A stretch of DNA of 28,560 nt from the NCBI GenBank assembly GCA_051382335.1, contig JBBCAX010000374.1:1-28560 (forward strand), read 5' to 3'. The notes under the pieces are model-generated. The model saw only the letters and a program-made list of their open reading frames with translations. It was not told the origin of the DNA and did no database searches. This stretch comes from Deltaproteobacteria bacterium TL4 (GTDB taxonomy: Bacteria; SAR324; NAC60-12). Positions 1-7,801 of this stretch are shown here, piece after piece (positions within the stretch are counted from its first letter, which is position 1; every line of letters starts with the position of its first letter). A program made the position numbers and the translations under genes.

Positions 1-93
1 TTCCTATACGCTTATTTTGAAAATTGGTTTATGGAAGAAGGACGAGGTGCAACCATCGCTATTCAAAATGAAGTTTAACTTGTTAGCAATAAG

Positions 94-369
94 TTAAACT
101 CTGAATTGCTGCTGAATCAGCAGTTTGAAACCGGAGAATGCCTGAGAAAACGCCAGATAGAGTTCGGTTTCAATCGTTTTGGCATCCGAGTCTTTTTCCT
201 TCGAGTAATAATTGACCACCTCAATCACTATCTGTTTTTCCTCATACCGCGCGATTGCCGTCCGCGCCAGTTGTTTCGCTGCTGACTCCGCCGCGTCTTT
301 CAGTGATTGGGCATAGGTTCCGCTGAGGGCAGAACACAGGAGAGCCAGAAATAAAATGAGTTGTTTCAT
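94..369 (-). CDS. Small exported protein with signal peptide, possibly the truncated N-terminal half of a CsgG/FlgO-like alpha/beta domain protein
   Basis: MKQLILFLALLCSALSGTYA-QS is a typical Sec signal peptide. An AAGGA RBS-like motif lies upstream and the ATG overlaps the RAYT ORF stop (ATGA). A helix-strand-helix pattern follows and then ends abruptly. Confidence 0.55.
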   Translation of the reverse strand: MKQLILFLALLCSALSGTYAQSLKDAAESAAKQLARTAIARYEEKQIVIEVVNYYSKEKDSDAKTIETELYLAFSQAFSGFKLLIQQQFRV

Positions 370-380
370 GAAGGTTCCTT

Positions 381-485
381 TCTAGAGAAAATTTCAAGAG
401 GGTTACGGTAGCCCCGTGTTTCGTCACGGGGAATGAGATTCTCCCGTTTTTTCAAACGGAAAATCATGTCTAGAGAAAATTTCAA
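381..485. repeat. 17-bp direct repeats bracketing REP copy 1
   Basis: TCTAGAGAAAATTTCAA at 381-397 and 469-485 (88-bp period). Confidence 0.9.
408..431 (+). repeat. REP sequence, GTAG foot plus hairpin (copy 1)
   Basis: GTAG (408-411) + CCCCGTG stem + TTTCGT loop + CACGGGG. The exact reverse-complement copy is at 839-862. Confidence 0.9.
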
Positions 486-761
486 AAATGTTTTCTTAAG
501 GGCTCCGACAATTTCTTCAATCCTCCAATGCTCTCCTGGACGCAAAAGAGCATGCCAATGCTCAGGAAGCAGCGCCAGCCCCGCCATCCGGTAATTACGG
601 TGGCGTCTGACCTCCTTACAGGTTTGTAAAAAGAGTTCACAATGAGCATCATCGGAAAACCATGGATGTCTCTGATCACAAACCGAGGTAATGAAATACC
701 ATTGATTCGTTTCATCCCATCGTTCGGGAATTTTAGACATAGTGCTCTTTCTTCCTCAATC

Positions 762-888
762 GTTTCCCCTACCATGAGATATCTGGCAGGTTCTTTACTG
801 GGGAACTGACGTTTCCCCGTTTCCCCATTTCCCCGTTTCCCCGTGACGAAACACGGGGCTACCATGAGATACTTGGCAGGTTCTTTAC
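762..888. repeat. 90-bp-period direct repeat plus GTTTCCCC octamer run upstream of RAYT
   Basis: CTACCATGAGATA(TC/CT)TGGCAGGTTCTTTAC at 769-798 and 859-888 (28/30 identical). (G/A)TTTCCCC x4 at 811-842 and one more at 762-769. Confidence 0.9.
839..862 (-). repeat. REP sequence, GTAG foot plus hairpin (copy 2, inverted)
   Basis: CCCCGTG-ACGAAA-CACGGGG-CTAC is the reverse complement of 408-431. Confidence 0.9.
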
Positions 889-1490
889 CGTACCAATTTT
901 TCGATCACTTCACTCAACTGCTCTTCCAGATCCGCTTGAAATCCGGTGATGATCTGAGCGATATTCCCGTCACGATCAATGAGCACAATTCTCGGCAAGC
1001 CTTTCACGCCGTAGGCTTCCATTGCCTGTTGCTGATTGGGGAGCATCAGCGGCGGTTCCATGTTTTTTTCCAGAATGAATTGCTGTGCTCGCGCCTGATC
1101 CATCTCAGGATCAACATTGACATAAAGCAGTTTGACCGCCTTGCCCTGATATTTTTGATAGAGGCGATTGAACGCGGGAATCTCCTTGATACAGGGGACA
1201 CAATAGGTGGCGAAAAAATTCAGCACAATGACATTACGATCGATCCGCATGACATACTCGCCGTCTTTCTCGATGAATTTCCCCTGAACGTCTTTGAGAA
1301 AACTGAGTTCTTTGCTCATGGCGCTCACTTTCAGCAGTCCCCTTCCCACCGCTTGTTCGCCTGACAATTCGGGGGCTTTTTGTCCAATCAGGGAATCGGC
1401 GCCCCAACTGTTGAGCGAGGGAACCATCAGAAGGCTCAGGAGCACCCCGAAGATTCCATAAATCACCAACCTTTTGCTAACACTTTTCAT
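885..1490 (-). CDS. TlpA/ResA-like thioredoxin-fold thiol-disulfide oxidoreductase, membrane-anchored or exported
   Basis: N-terminal hydrophobic segment, IGQKAPEL, VLNFFATYCVPCIKEIP (CxxC), and the YGVKGLPRIVLIDRDGNI cis-Pro motif. Confidence 0.9.
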   Translation of the reverse strand: MKSVSKRLVIYGIFGVLLSLLMVPSLNSWGADSLIGQKAPELSGEQAVGRGLLKVSAMSKELSFLKDVQGKFIEKDGEYVMRIDRNVIVLNFFATYCVPCIKEIPAFNRLYQKYQGKAVKLLYVNVDPEMDQARAQQFILEKNMEPPLMLPNQQQAMEAYGVKGLPRIVLIDRDGNIAQIITGFQADLEEQLSEVIEKLVR

Positions 1491-1539
1491 AAAACCTTTC
1501 CAGTTTTACCGCATTTAAACCACAAGGGTTTCTCTTTAT

Positions 1540-1848
1540 CTATAGTATTCCAGATAAATAAATTGGTCGGAGAGAGGGCGTCCCGCCCTCCAGATGCGGG
1601 CAAGATGCCCGCGCTCCCAGGAAAGACTTATCTGGAATACTATAGTGTTTCAGAAAAATATTTTGGGCTGGGAGCGCAGGCGTCCCGCCCTCCAGATGCG
1701 GGCAAGATGCCCGCGCTCCCAGGAAAGACTTATCTGGAATACTATAGTGTTTCAGAAAAATATTTTGGGCTGGGAGCGCAGGCGTCCCGCCTGCTTTTGT
1801 GGGCAGGATGCCCGCGTTCCCAGGAAAGACTTATCTGAAAGTCTATAG
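1540..1848. repeat. Tandem array of three ~101-bp REPIN/BIME-like palindromic units joined at CTATAG
   Basis: CTATAG at 1540, 1640, 1742 and 1843. Each unit carries the inverted GC-rich pair CTGGGAGCGCAGGCGTCCCGCC / GCGGGCAAGATGCCCGCGCTCCCAG (left arm degenerate in unit 1). 1577-1678 is repeated exactly at 1679-1780. Confidence 0.9.
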
Positions 1849-2212
1849 TAAAATACGTTTATGGAACAAAGCCTCCATTAAATTTATTGTTGAACTAAAC
1901 CTTATCCTGAACGGCTAAGGAAATTCAAAAGGGTTTATTTGAGATTCGTAGCGGAAAAGTAGGGTGAAGTAAAGGATAATTATAACTTTTTTGCGAAAGA
2001 GAGAGGTCTGAGGGCAGCGTGTGAGTCCCTGGAAAAAAGAAATGCAGATTTACTACTGAAGACGCAAAAAATTGCTGGTGTTTTAGATTGACTTCTTACC
2101 CATATTTAGCAGGATAGGTTCAGGCGGTTGTCCGAAAAGGGGCGCCTTAGGGTCGTCTGTCCAGGGCTATCAACAGAAATCAACATTCAGCACAAGGATC
2201 AAGAGAACGACC

Positions 2213-3184
2213 ATGCATATTTCAGAAGGGATCATTACGGGGTTACCCGCAGCGGCTTATACACTGGTGGGTTTGGGACTTGTGGGCTATGGTGCGAAAA
2301 AGATGAAGGCTCTTGCAAATGAACACCCTGAGAAGAAACCCCTGTTAGGAATGATGGGCGCTTTCATTTTTTTTCTCTCGCTCTTGCCCATTCCTGCTTT
2401 TACCGGAACGACCTCTCATCCGTGCGGTTCTCCCCTTGCTGGAATTTTGCTGGGACCGGGTATCGCGATTGCGCTCTCGGGCCTATCCCTGCTCTTGCAA
2501 GCTGCTTTTTTTGCGCATGGGGGTCTTTCAACCTGGGGCGCGAATGTCGTGACACTGGGGGTGGGTGGCGCTTTTTTTGGATGGTTCTCTTTCTGGCTGG
2601 CTCGCAAAGCAGGTCTTTCTCTCTTTGTATCAGGAGCCATCGGCGGGTTAGTTGGTGATATTATGACCTATGTGATGGCAGGTTTGAGCCTTTCAACGGT
2701 ACTGGCAACCGGACCAAATCCACAATACTCTTGGGGAGGCTACCTCACTGTGATTTATGCGGCGTATATCCCGACGCAAGGTCCCATTGCCCTGGGTGAG
2801 ATGTTTCTCACGGGACTCATCTTGAACTATATTTATAAGCAAAGACCGTCAATCCTTGTGGAACTCAAGGTTATTACGGCGACTGTCGCCGCGGTATTGA
2901 TGTTTCTGTGTGTCTTGCCGCCGTCACTATCGGCTGTTGAGTCCGAGATTCCCACGTTTCAGGAAACATCGGCACCAAGCGTTCAAATCACAGGGATGGA
3001 TCAGGTGGTGAACGAATCTCTGGCGGATAGAGCCGGATTGCCCCCCAGAGAACCCTATCTTAATATTGAGGCAATGGGCGATTTGTGGAACACGGTCCTC
3101 TTGTTGGGAGGCGGTATTTGCGGTTTTATTATTGGCCGATATTGGAATCATTTGTTTGGGAAAGAAGATGAGCGGACAGTATGA
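2213..3184 (+). CDS. cbiM: Cobalt/nickel ECF transporter substrate component CbiM with fused CbiN-like C-terminal module
   Basis: Metal-binding N-terminus MHISEG, TTSHPCG, LLLQAAFFAHGGLSTWGAN and multiple TM helices. The extension (TM, G-M-D loop, PREPYLN, TM) resembles CbiN. Confidence 0.88.
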   Translation: MHISEGIITGLPAAAYTLVGLGLVGYGAKKMKALANEHPEKKPLLGMMGAFIFFLSLLPIPAFTGTTSHPCGSPLAGILLGPGIAIALSGLSLLLQAAFFAHGGLSTWGANVVTLGVGGAFFGWFSFWLARKAGLSLFVSGAIGGLVGDIMTYVMAGLSLSTVLATGPNPQYSWGGYLTVIYAAYIPTQGPIALGEMFLTGLILNYIYKQRPSILVELKVITATVAAVLMFLCVLPPSLSAVESEIPTFQETSAPSVQITGMDQVVNESLADRAGLPPREPYLNIEAMGDLWNTVLLLGGGICGFIIGRYWNHLFGKEDERTV

Positions 3185-3851
3185 TATCAACAGTATCATT
3201 GATTCAGAGCGACGATTTGAAGCCACTAATGGAAGAGGCGGATACCAGTGGGATCCCAGGTTTAAACTGGGGTTACTGATTGCTGTAATCATTCTCAATA
3301 TTGGTCTTGCGATCAGTTGGCTAAGCGGTTGTCTGTTATTGATCGGTTTGCTTTTGATCCTCTGGTCCAGAACGCCTCTTGCCAGGACTCTTGCTTTTTT
3401 TTTGGCACCCCTGGTGGCCACGCTGGTCGTGGTTGCCGGATATTCTGTGGGCTTTGGAGTCACCCCGCTGTTTCAGTTCTGGAAAGTAACGCTTTATCAC
3501 GAGGGCCTTGTTCAAGGAATCGGGGTCGTGCTGCGTGTGTATTGTGACATGACGTGGCTGGCTTTGGTCTTTATGACAACCCCTTTTGCGGAAGTCCTGG
3601 TGGCTCTGCGTTGGTATAAAATGCCTGAAATCCTTGTGGACACGCTGGCCATGATGTACCGATATTCCTTTCTGCTTTATTCCGAGTTTACGCGTATGAA
3701 TACCGCCGCTTTTTCGCGTGGGGGCCGTTCAGGAAAAATGACCACGCTCAAAACCGTTTCCCGGATAGGGGCACAGATTTTTATGCGCGCTTATGATCGT
3801 TCAGAGACCATTTATCTGGCGCGTCTTGCCAGAGGCGGGGAAAAATTATGA
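3168..3851 (+). CDS. cbiQ: ECF transporter transmembrane T component CbiQ (start placed at ATG 3168)
   Basis: DPRFKL, MTTPF, MMYRY, SRGG and FMRAYDRSETIYLARLARG Arg motifs. Overlaps the cbiM stop. Confidence 0.9.
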   Translation: MSGQYDINSIIDSERRFEATNGRGGYQWDPRFKLGLLIAVIILNIGLAISWLSGCLLLIGLLLILWSRTPLARTLAFFLAPLVATLVVVAGYSVGFGVTPLFQFWKVTLYHEGLVQGIGVVLRVYCDMTWLALVFMTTPFAEVLVALRWYKMPEILVDTLAMMYRYSFLLYSEFTRMNTAAFSRGGRSGKMTTLKTVSRIGAQIFMRAYDRSETIYLARLARGGEKL

Positions 3852-4744
3852 ATATACCGCTCAGTCCGCCTTCGGGAAAACCTGTTAAACTTGCGGCGGA
3901 TCGAACAATTTTTACAACGGAGGAACCAAAAAAAATAATTCTTCAGTACGAAAATGTCTCATTTTCATATAACCGTCCATTACAAGTGCTTACCGATGTG
4001 AACCTTTCTTTCAGGCAAGGTGAAGCTGTCTCCATCTCAGGTCCCAATGGTTCCGGAAAAACGACACTGCTCAAACTGGCAATTGGCCTGCTCCTTCCGG
4101 CAACGGGAACGGTTCAATTGGATCAGGAGTTGCTGAACAAGAAAACCAGACGGGACGCTTTTCGAAAAATAGGTTATCTCTTTCAAAATTCTGAGGATCA
4201 GCTATTCTGTCCAACCGTGGGGGAAGATGTTGCTTTTGGCCCAATGAATATGGGACTGGAAAAAGAAGAAGTCCGAGAGCGCGTCCAATATGCGCTGGCG
4301 CTCATGAAAATCACTCATTTGGAAAAGCGCCCCATACATCATCTCTCCGGAGGAGAAATGAAACGCTCAGCGCTAGCTGGGCTTTTGGCCATGAAACCCA
4401 AGGTTATGGTTTTGGATGAACCCACGAATGGTTTGGATCCAGGCAGTGCCAAAGCGATTATTGAACTGCTCCATTCACTGAATGAGGAACATGGCTACAC
4501 CCTTCTGGTCGTCACCCATGCCATCGACCGGATTCCGGAATTCGCGAATCGTTCGTTGTTGCTTAAAAATGGCATGGTGTTTCGTGATGGTTCTGTCGCA
4601 GAGGTGCTTACGGATATTGACGCGCTTAGAGAGATTGAGATTGAACCGCCTGTGATCACACAATATTTTTATCGAAAAAGAAAAGGTTTCCCCGAAAGAA
4701 CGTTGCCCTTAACCCTGGATCAGGCCTGTAAACTTCAGGAATGA
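3848..4744 (+). CDS. cbiO: ECF transporter ATPase CbiO
   Basis: Walker A GPNGSGKTT, FQNSEDQLFCPTV, LSGGEMKR signature, Walker B VMVLDEPTNGLD. ATGA overlap with cbiQ. Confidence 0.93.
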   Translation: MNIPLSPPSGKPVKLAADRTIFTTEEPKKIILQYENVSFSYNRPLQVLTDVNLSFRQGEAVSISGPNGSGKTTLLKLAIGLLLPATGTVQLDQELLNKKTRRDAFRKIGYLFQNSEDQLFCPTVGEDVAFGPMNMGLEKEEVRERVQYALALMKITHLEKRPIHHLSGGEMKRSALAGLLAMKPKVMVLDEPTNGLDPGSAKAIIELLHSLNEEHGYTLLVVTHAIDRIPEFANRSLLLKNGMVFRDGSVAEVLTDIDALREIEIEPPVITQYFYRKRKGFPERTLPLTLDQACKLQE

Positions 4745-4987
4745 GGCAGGAGGTCAGAGTCTTTGGCCGGTAATGAAATTTTCTGTGATAGGCTGAGTAG
4801 TTACCGAAAATTAATAACGCTTAAGGACTGGACCTTAAAGGAGGAAGATTAGGATTCAGGCACTAAAAGTAATGATCAATTATTTGAGGGGATGTTGAAA
4901 TGTGATGATTTGTGGGTTGTTTTTGTTTTTTAGTGGAACAAAACCAGTCGTTAAGAAATGGTTGTTTCTCTAACCTACTGAAATCAT

Positions 4988-5064
4988 TGGTGCGCCCGCC
5001 GTGATTCGAACACGGGACCAACGGATTAGAAATCCGTTGCTCTATCCAGCTGAGCTACGGGCGC
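4988..5064 (-). tRNA. tRNA-Arg (anticodon UCU), CCA encoded
   Basis: Reverse complement reads GCGCCCGTAGCTCAGCTGGATAGAGCA-ACGGA-TTTCTAA-TCCGT-TGGTCCCGTGTTCGAATCACGGCGGGCGCACCA. 77 nt, full cloverleaf. Confidence 0.97.
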
Positions 5065-5150
5065 ATGTAATAGGAACAAAAATGAATGGTAAAAGTCATA
5101 AGGGCATCCTTTTACCGATTATTCACAAGCAAGACAAGCTTTTTTGAACA

Positions 5151-5702
5151 CTAGGGGGAGGCTTTTATTGAATCAATTTTTTGGATGAGTTCTTCCACAA
5201 CTTGATCTGGCGTAAAATAGGTTGTGTCCACAAGTACGTCATAATTGTTTTTGTTATAGATGTCGACGTTATAAAGTTTTTTAAAATTTCTGCTCATGGT
5301 TTGACTACGTTTTTTGTTGGCTTTCAGCGTATCTTCAACGCTCTTAGAATCTTCAGTTGTACGTCGTGCAGCAAAAATTCGTTGTGCGGAAACTTCAGGA
5401 GAACACTCTAAAAAGACCTTGATGGAGTCCGGTACAAAGTGAAACCCGATGTGCGCATCAAGAACAAAATTGTCATGAGTTTGACCATACAATTTTTGTT
5501 CAGCATCAACCTCGTAGTCGATCTCAGGATGGGTTGAGATATACTCTACCAGGAACTTGGTAATATCCTGATAGCCATATTTCAAAGCAACTTTTCGCAT
5601 AAAATCGCCGGTGGCTTTGAATTCAAGTTTATAGTGAGTTGCAAGTTGCTGTCGTATCGTGGATTTACCGGAACCAGGAACCCCTGCTAGTGTGATTTTC
5701 AT
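5151..5702 (-). CDS. cmk: Cytidylate kinase-like nucleotide monophosphate kinase, short archaeal-type form
   Basis: MKITLAGVPGSGKST P-loop, TGDFMR, IDYEVD, IKVFLECSPEVSAQRI and FKKLYNVDI...YDVLVDTT, 183 aa. Pattern fits the archaeal-type CMP kinase family. Confidence 0.75.
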   Translation of the reverse strand: MKITLAGVPGSGKSTIRQQLATHYKLEFKATGDFMRKVALKYGYQDITKFLVEYISTHPEIDYEVDAEQKLYGQTHDNFVLDAHIGFHFVPDSIKVFLECSPEVSAQRIFAARRTTEDSKSVEDTLKANKKRSQTMSRNFKKLYNVDIYNKNNYDVLVDTTYFTPDQVVEELIQKIDSIKASP

Positions 5703-5790
5703 AATTCTTTTTCTTTTTTATCATGTTACAATCTGGATCTCATTAACTCATAACGATTAAATTAGCGCACTTTGTGCGAACTTTTCCGCA

Positions 5791-5840
5791 TCGTCCCCAA
5801 GCTCCGGCTTGAGAATACCGTGATTGAAGCTTGGGAACTA
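5791..5840. repeat. Degenerate REP-like palindrome of a third family (CCCAAGCT...AGCTTGGG)
   Basis: GTCCCCAAGCT (5793-5803) pairs with AGCTTGGGAAC (5828-5838) with 1 mismatch. An internal CAAGC-TCCG-GCTTG hairpin is also present. Confidence 0.6.
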
Positions 5841-5927
5841 GAAAAGGGAAATTCCTATAAGAGCTCAAGTTACAAATAGGTTTTAAAATCTTAAGATCAG
5901 AAGGTCAATCCCTATTTTATGAAGTCT

Positions 5928-6803
5928 TCATTCAATATTTTGAACCTGCTCTCTGATTTTTTCAAGTTCACTCTTTACCGCAATAACGGACTGACTGACT
6001 TCAGATTGACTGGCTTTAGACCCAATCGTATTAATTTCCCGATTCATTTCCTGGAGAAGAAAATCTGCTTTCTTACCAATTTCTCTCTGCAGAAAGATTT
6101 CTTCCATGTGAGTTAGATGAATACGAAACCGTACAATTTCCTCAGTAATGTCACACCGATCAGAAAACATGGCAACTTCCTGATGAAGTCGGTCTTGGTC
6201 CAATTTGACTTGATGATCCAAGGCTTTTAAATTATTCAACAAACGTTCGTAGCAGAGAGTCGGGAGTTCTTTAGCGAGTGCCTGAATGTCCTTGAGTAAA
6301 TCTTCACATTTTTTGAGGCGAGTCTGTATATCGTCAAACAAGATTTGGCCTTCTTTTTGACGTGCATTTTGCAGTTGTTCCAAGGCGTTTTCCAAAGAAG
6401 AGTCTATGAGATTTTGGAAAAAAGGGGACTGTGCGTCTAATTCTTGAGTTTGAATTAAATCTTTAATGGAGGCAATGTCTCTGAGAGAAACTTGTACGGA
6501 GCGCCGGGTACATTTTTCAAACTCTTCAATCACCTGAGCGTAAGCTTTAGCCAGAGCCGTGTTGATGATCATGGGTTTTGCGGTCTCACTATCATTCTGT
6601 AACGTAATATTGCAATCAACCTTACCCCGTCGACAAGCCTGTTTAATTTTTTGTTTCAAGGCGGCTTCACTAGGTTGAAAGCCTTGGGGCAAAAATAGCC
6701 GGATATCTAAAAATCGTTGATTTACAGTCCGTATTTCTGTCGTACAGCGCCAAGTTTCAGCAACAGACTGACCTAACCCATATCCGGTCATTGAATATAT
6801 CAT
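5928..6803 (-). CDS. yicC: YicC/YloC family endoribonuclease
   Basis: MIYSMTGYG, EIRTVNQRFLDI, RGKVD, DITEEIVR, GKKADFLLQEMNREINTIGSK and the terminal ELEKIREQVQNIE. Confidence 0.96.
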   Translation of the reverse strand: MIYSMTGYGLGQSVAETWRCTTEIRTVNQRFLDIRLFLPQGFQPSEAALKQKIKQACRRGKVDCNITLQNDSETAKPMIINTALAKAYAQVIEEFEKCTRRSVQVSLRDIASIKDLIQTQELDAQSPFFQNLIDSSLENALEQLQNARQKEGQILFDDIQTRLKKCEDLLKDIQALAKELPTLCYERLLNNLKALDHQVKLDQDRLHQEVAMFSDRCDITEEIVRFRIHLTHMEEIFLQREIGKKADFLLQEMNREINTIGSKASQSEVSQSVIAVKSELEKIREQVQNIE

Positions 6804-6878
6804 AAATTTTCCTATAGTTCTTAGTTTATAAAATTTGCAATAGATCTAGCAGCGTAAAGGATTTTTTTCCAAGAGCGA

Positions 6879-6907
6879 TTGACAAACGAAAAGAAGCACA
6901 TTATTTT
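6879..6907 (+). promoter_or_regulatory. Putative sigma70 promoter for the 7002 gene
   Basis: TTGACA (6879-6884), 17-bp spacer, TATTTT (6902-6907). Confidence 0.55.
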
Positions 6908-7001
6908 ATATGAGTCCTGGACCGTGGAATTTTCAAGGTGAGGCCCTTGTATTTTTGATGTAGCTGTGCAAAAAATATTCATCTTCTAATAATAAAGACT
7001 C

Positions 7002-7451
7002 ATGTGGAATTTTTTTCAAAAACTCCAGCGAAAACTATCATCGACTCCTGAGGGAGAGGTCTCTGATTACAAGCAATCATGCGAGCAATTGATTCAAAAA
7101 TACGAGCATTTGCTGCAGCAGATTTCTGATTATATGCACTCCAACCAGCACATTCTGCACACTGAAGTCCGGAATCTATATGAAATAAATCGCTTGGAAA
7201 TGAATACGTTTTCTTTTTTCTCCATTAAAGATGAACTTTCCGATATCACTTCAGAGTGTGAAATACTACTCAATCATGGAAATCAGCAACTTCAAACAGC
7301 ACTTCCTCAAAGTCATTCTGTAAAAATTTTGATTTCCCAACTAAAAGAACTCAGAAAATATTCCGATCAAATTGAAGGTGCCCTGCAAGAATTTGAAGAA
7401 AAACTCTTAAAGATGGAAGAAGTTCTCGCGTCCAGAACCCTTGCGAACTGA
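7002..7451 (+). CDS. Hypothetical all-helical/coiled-coil protein
   Basis: 149-aa ORF rich in Leu/Gln/Glu with heptad character, downstream of a promoter-like motif. No family recognised. Confidence 0.7.
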   Translation: MWNFFQKLQRKLSSTPEGEVSDYKQSCEQLIQKYEHLLQQISDYMHSNQHILHTEVRNLYEINRLEMNTFSFFSIKDELSDITSECEILLNHGNQQLQTALPQSHSVKILISQLKELRKYSDQIEGALQEFEEKLLKMEEVLASRTLAN

Positions 7452-7801
7452 AACCTCATTCTATTGTTTTACCGCACTTTTTCCAGCTCCCAACCTTGTT
7501 CTCCATGAAAAATCAGGACGGATTCGCTTCCGAATGAAAAATCTTGAGCTTTTTATCACTGATTTTTATCACTAACACCCATTAATTTGTAGTTTTTAGC
7601 GTAATAGAGTTGTGCCTGGCGACTGGTTTTGTTAGATAGGTAAAGAGGTTCGGTTTAAAGTGCTCCGCCTAGCATTAAAACGTGTGCGAAGATAGCGTGA
7701 AGCCCTTTGCAGAAGCAAGTTGAAAAACCTTGGATACGGTAAAAGGTAAATAAAATATGGGGTTCGAAGATTATGTTAACATCTAATTTCAAATATGCAG
7801 T

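Larger units (their letters stand above)
366..740 (-). pseudogene. REP-associated tyrosine transposase (RAYT/Y1_Tnp family), C-terminally truncated
   Basis: N-terminal WYFITSVCDQRHPWF and the HUH motif LLPEHWHALL followed by IVGALKKTF are RAYT hallmarks. The expected WQxxF/YxDH and catalytic YxxxNP segments are absent; the ORF instead runs through a REP hairpin. Confidence 0.85.

Noticed and set aside
1..97. 3' end of a plus-strand gene entering the window
   Set aside because: Two frames are open (stops at 78 and 97) and there is too little sequence to choose between them or name a product.
399..413. GYRNP in the RAYT tail as the catalytic Tyr motif
   Set aside because: The spacing differs from YxxxNP, the preceding WQ/DH motifs are missing, and it is encoded by the REP foot. 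Probably coincidental.
242..1364. ORFs starting MTKHGAT or MVAPCF (242-427, 482-865, 843-1364)
   Set aside because: They start inside REP hairpins and overlap better-supported genes, so they are shadow ORFs.
1540..1848. CRISPR array interpretation of the tandem repeats
   Set aside because: The sequences between repeats are themselves identical, the period is ~101 bp, and there are no cas genes. The pattern fits REP/BIME-like units.
1380..1848. ORFs 1380-1838 and 1594-1848 with repeated peptides
   Set aside because: They are translations of the REP array and partly antisense to the thioredoxin gene.
1850..2212. Cobalamin riboswitch or NikR operator before cbiM
   Set aside because: I could not find the AGGGAA/B12-box elements or a GTATGA-N16-TCATAC-type palindrome.
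4937..7633. 14-bp inverted match AACAAAACCAGTCG (4937-4950) / CGACTGGTTTTGTT (7620-7633)
   Set aside because: A 14-bp match is expected by chance in a window this size, and there is no transposase or target duplication.
7640..7710. c-di-GMP-I riboswitch-like fragments upstream of cheA
   Set aside because: Only CCTA...GATAGC resembles it. The GGCAAAC..GAAA..GACGCAAAG core is absent.
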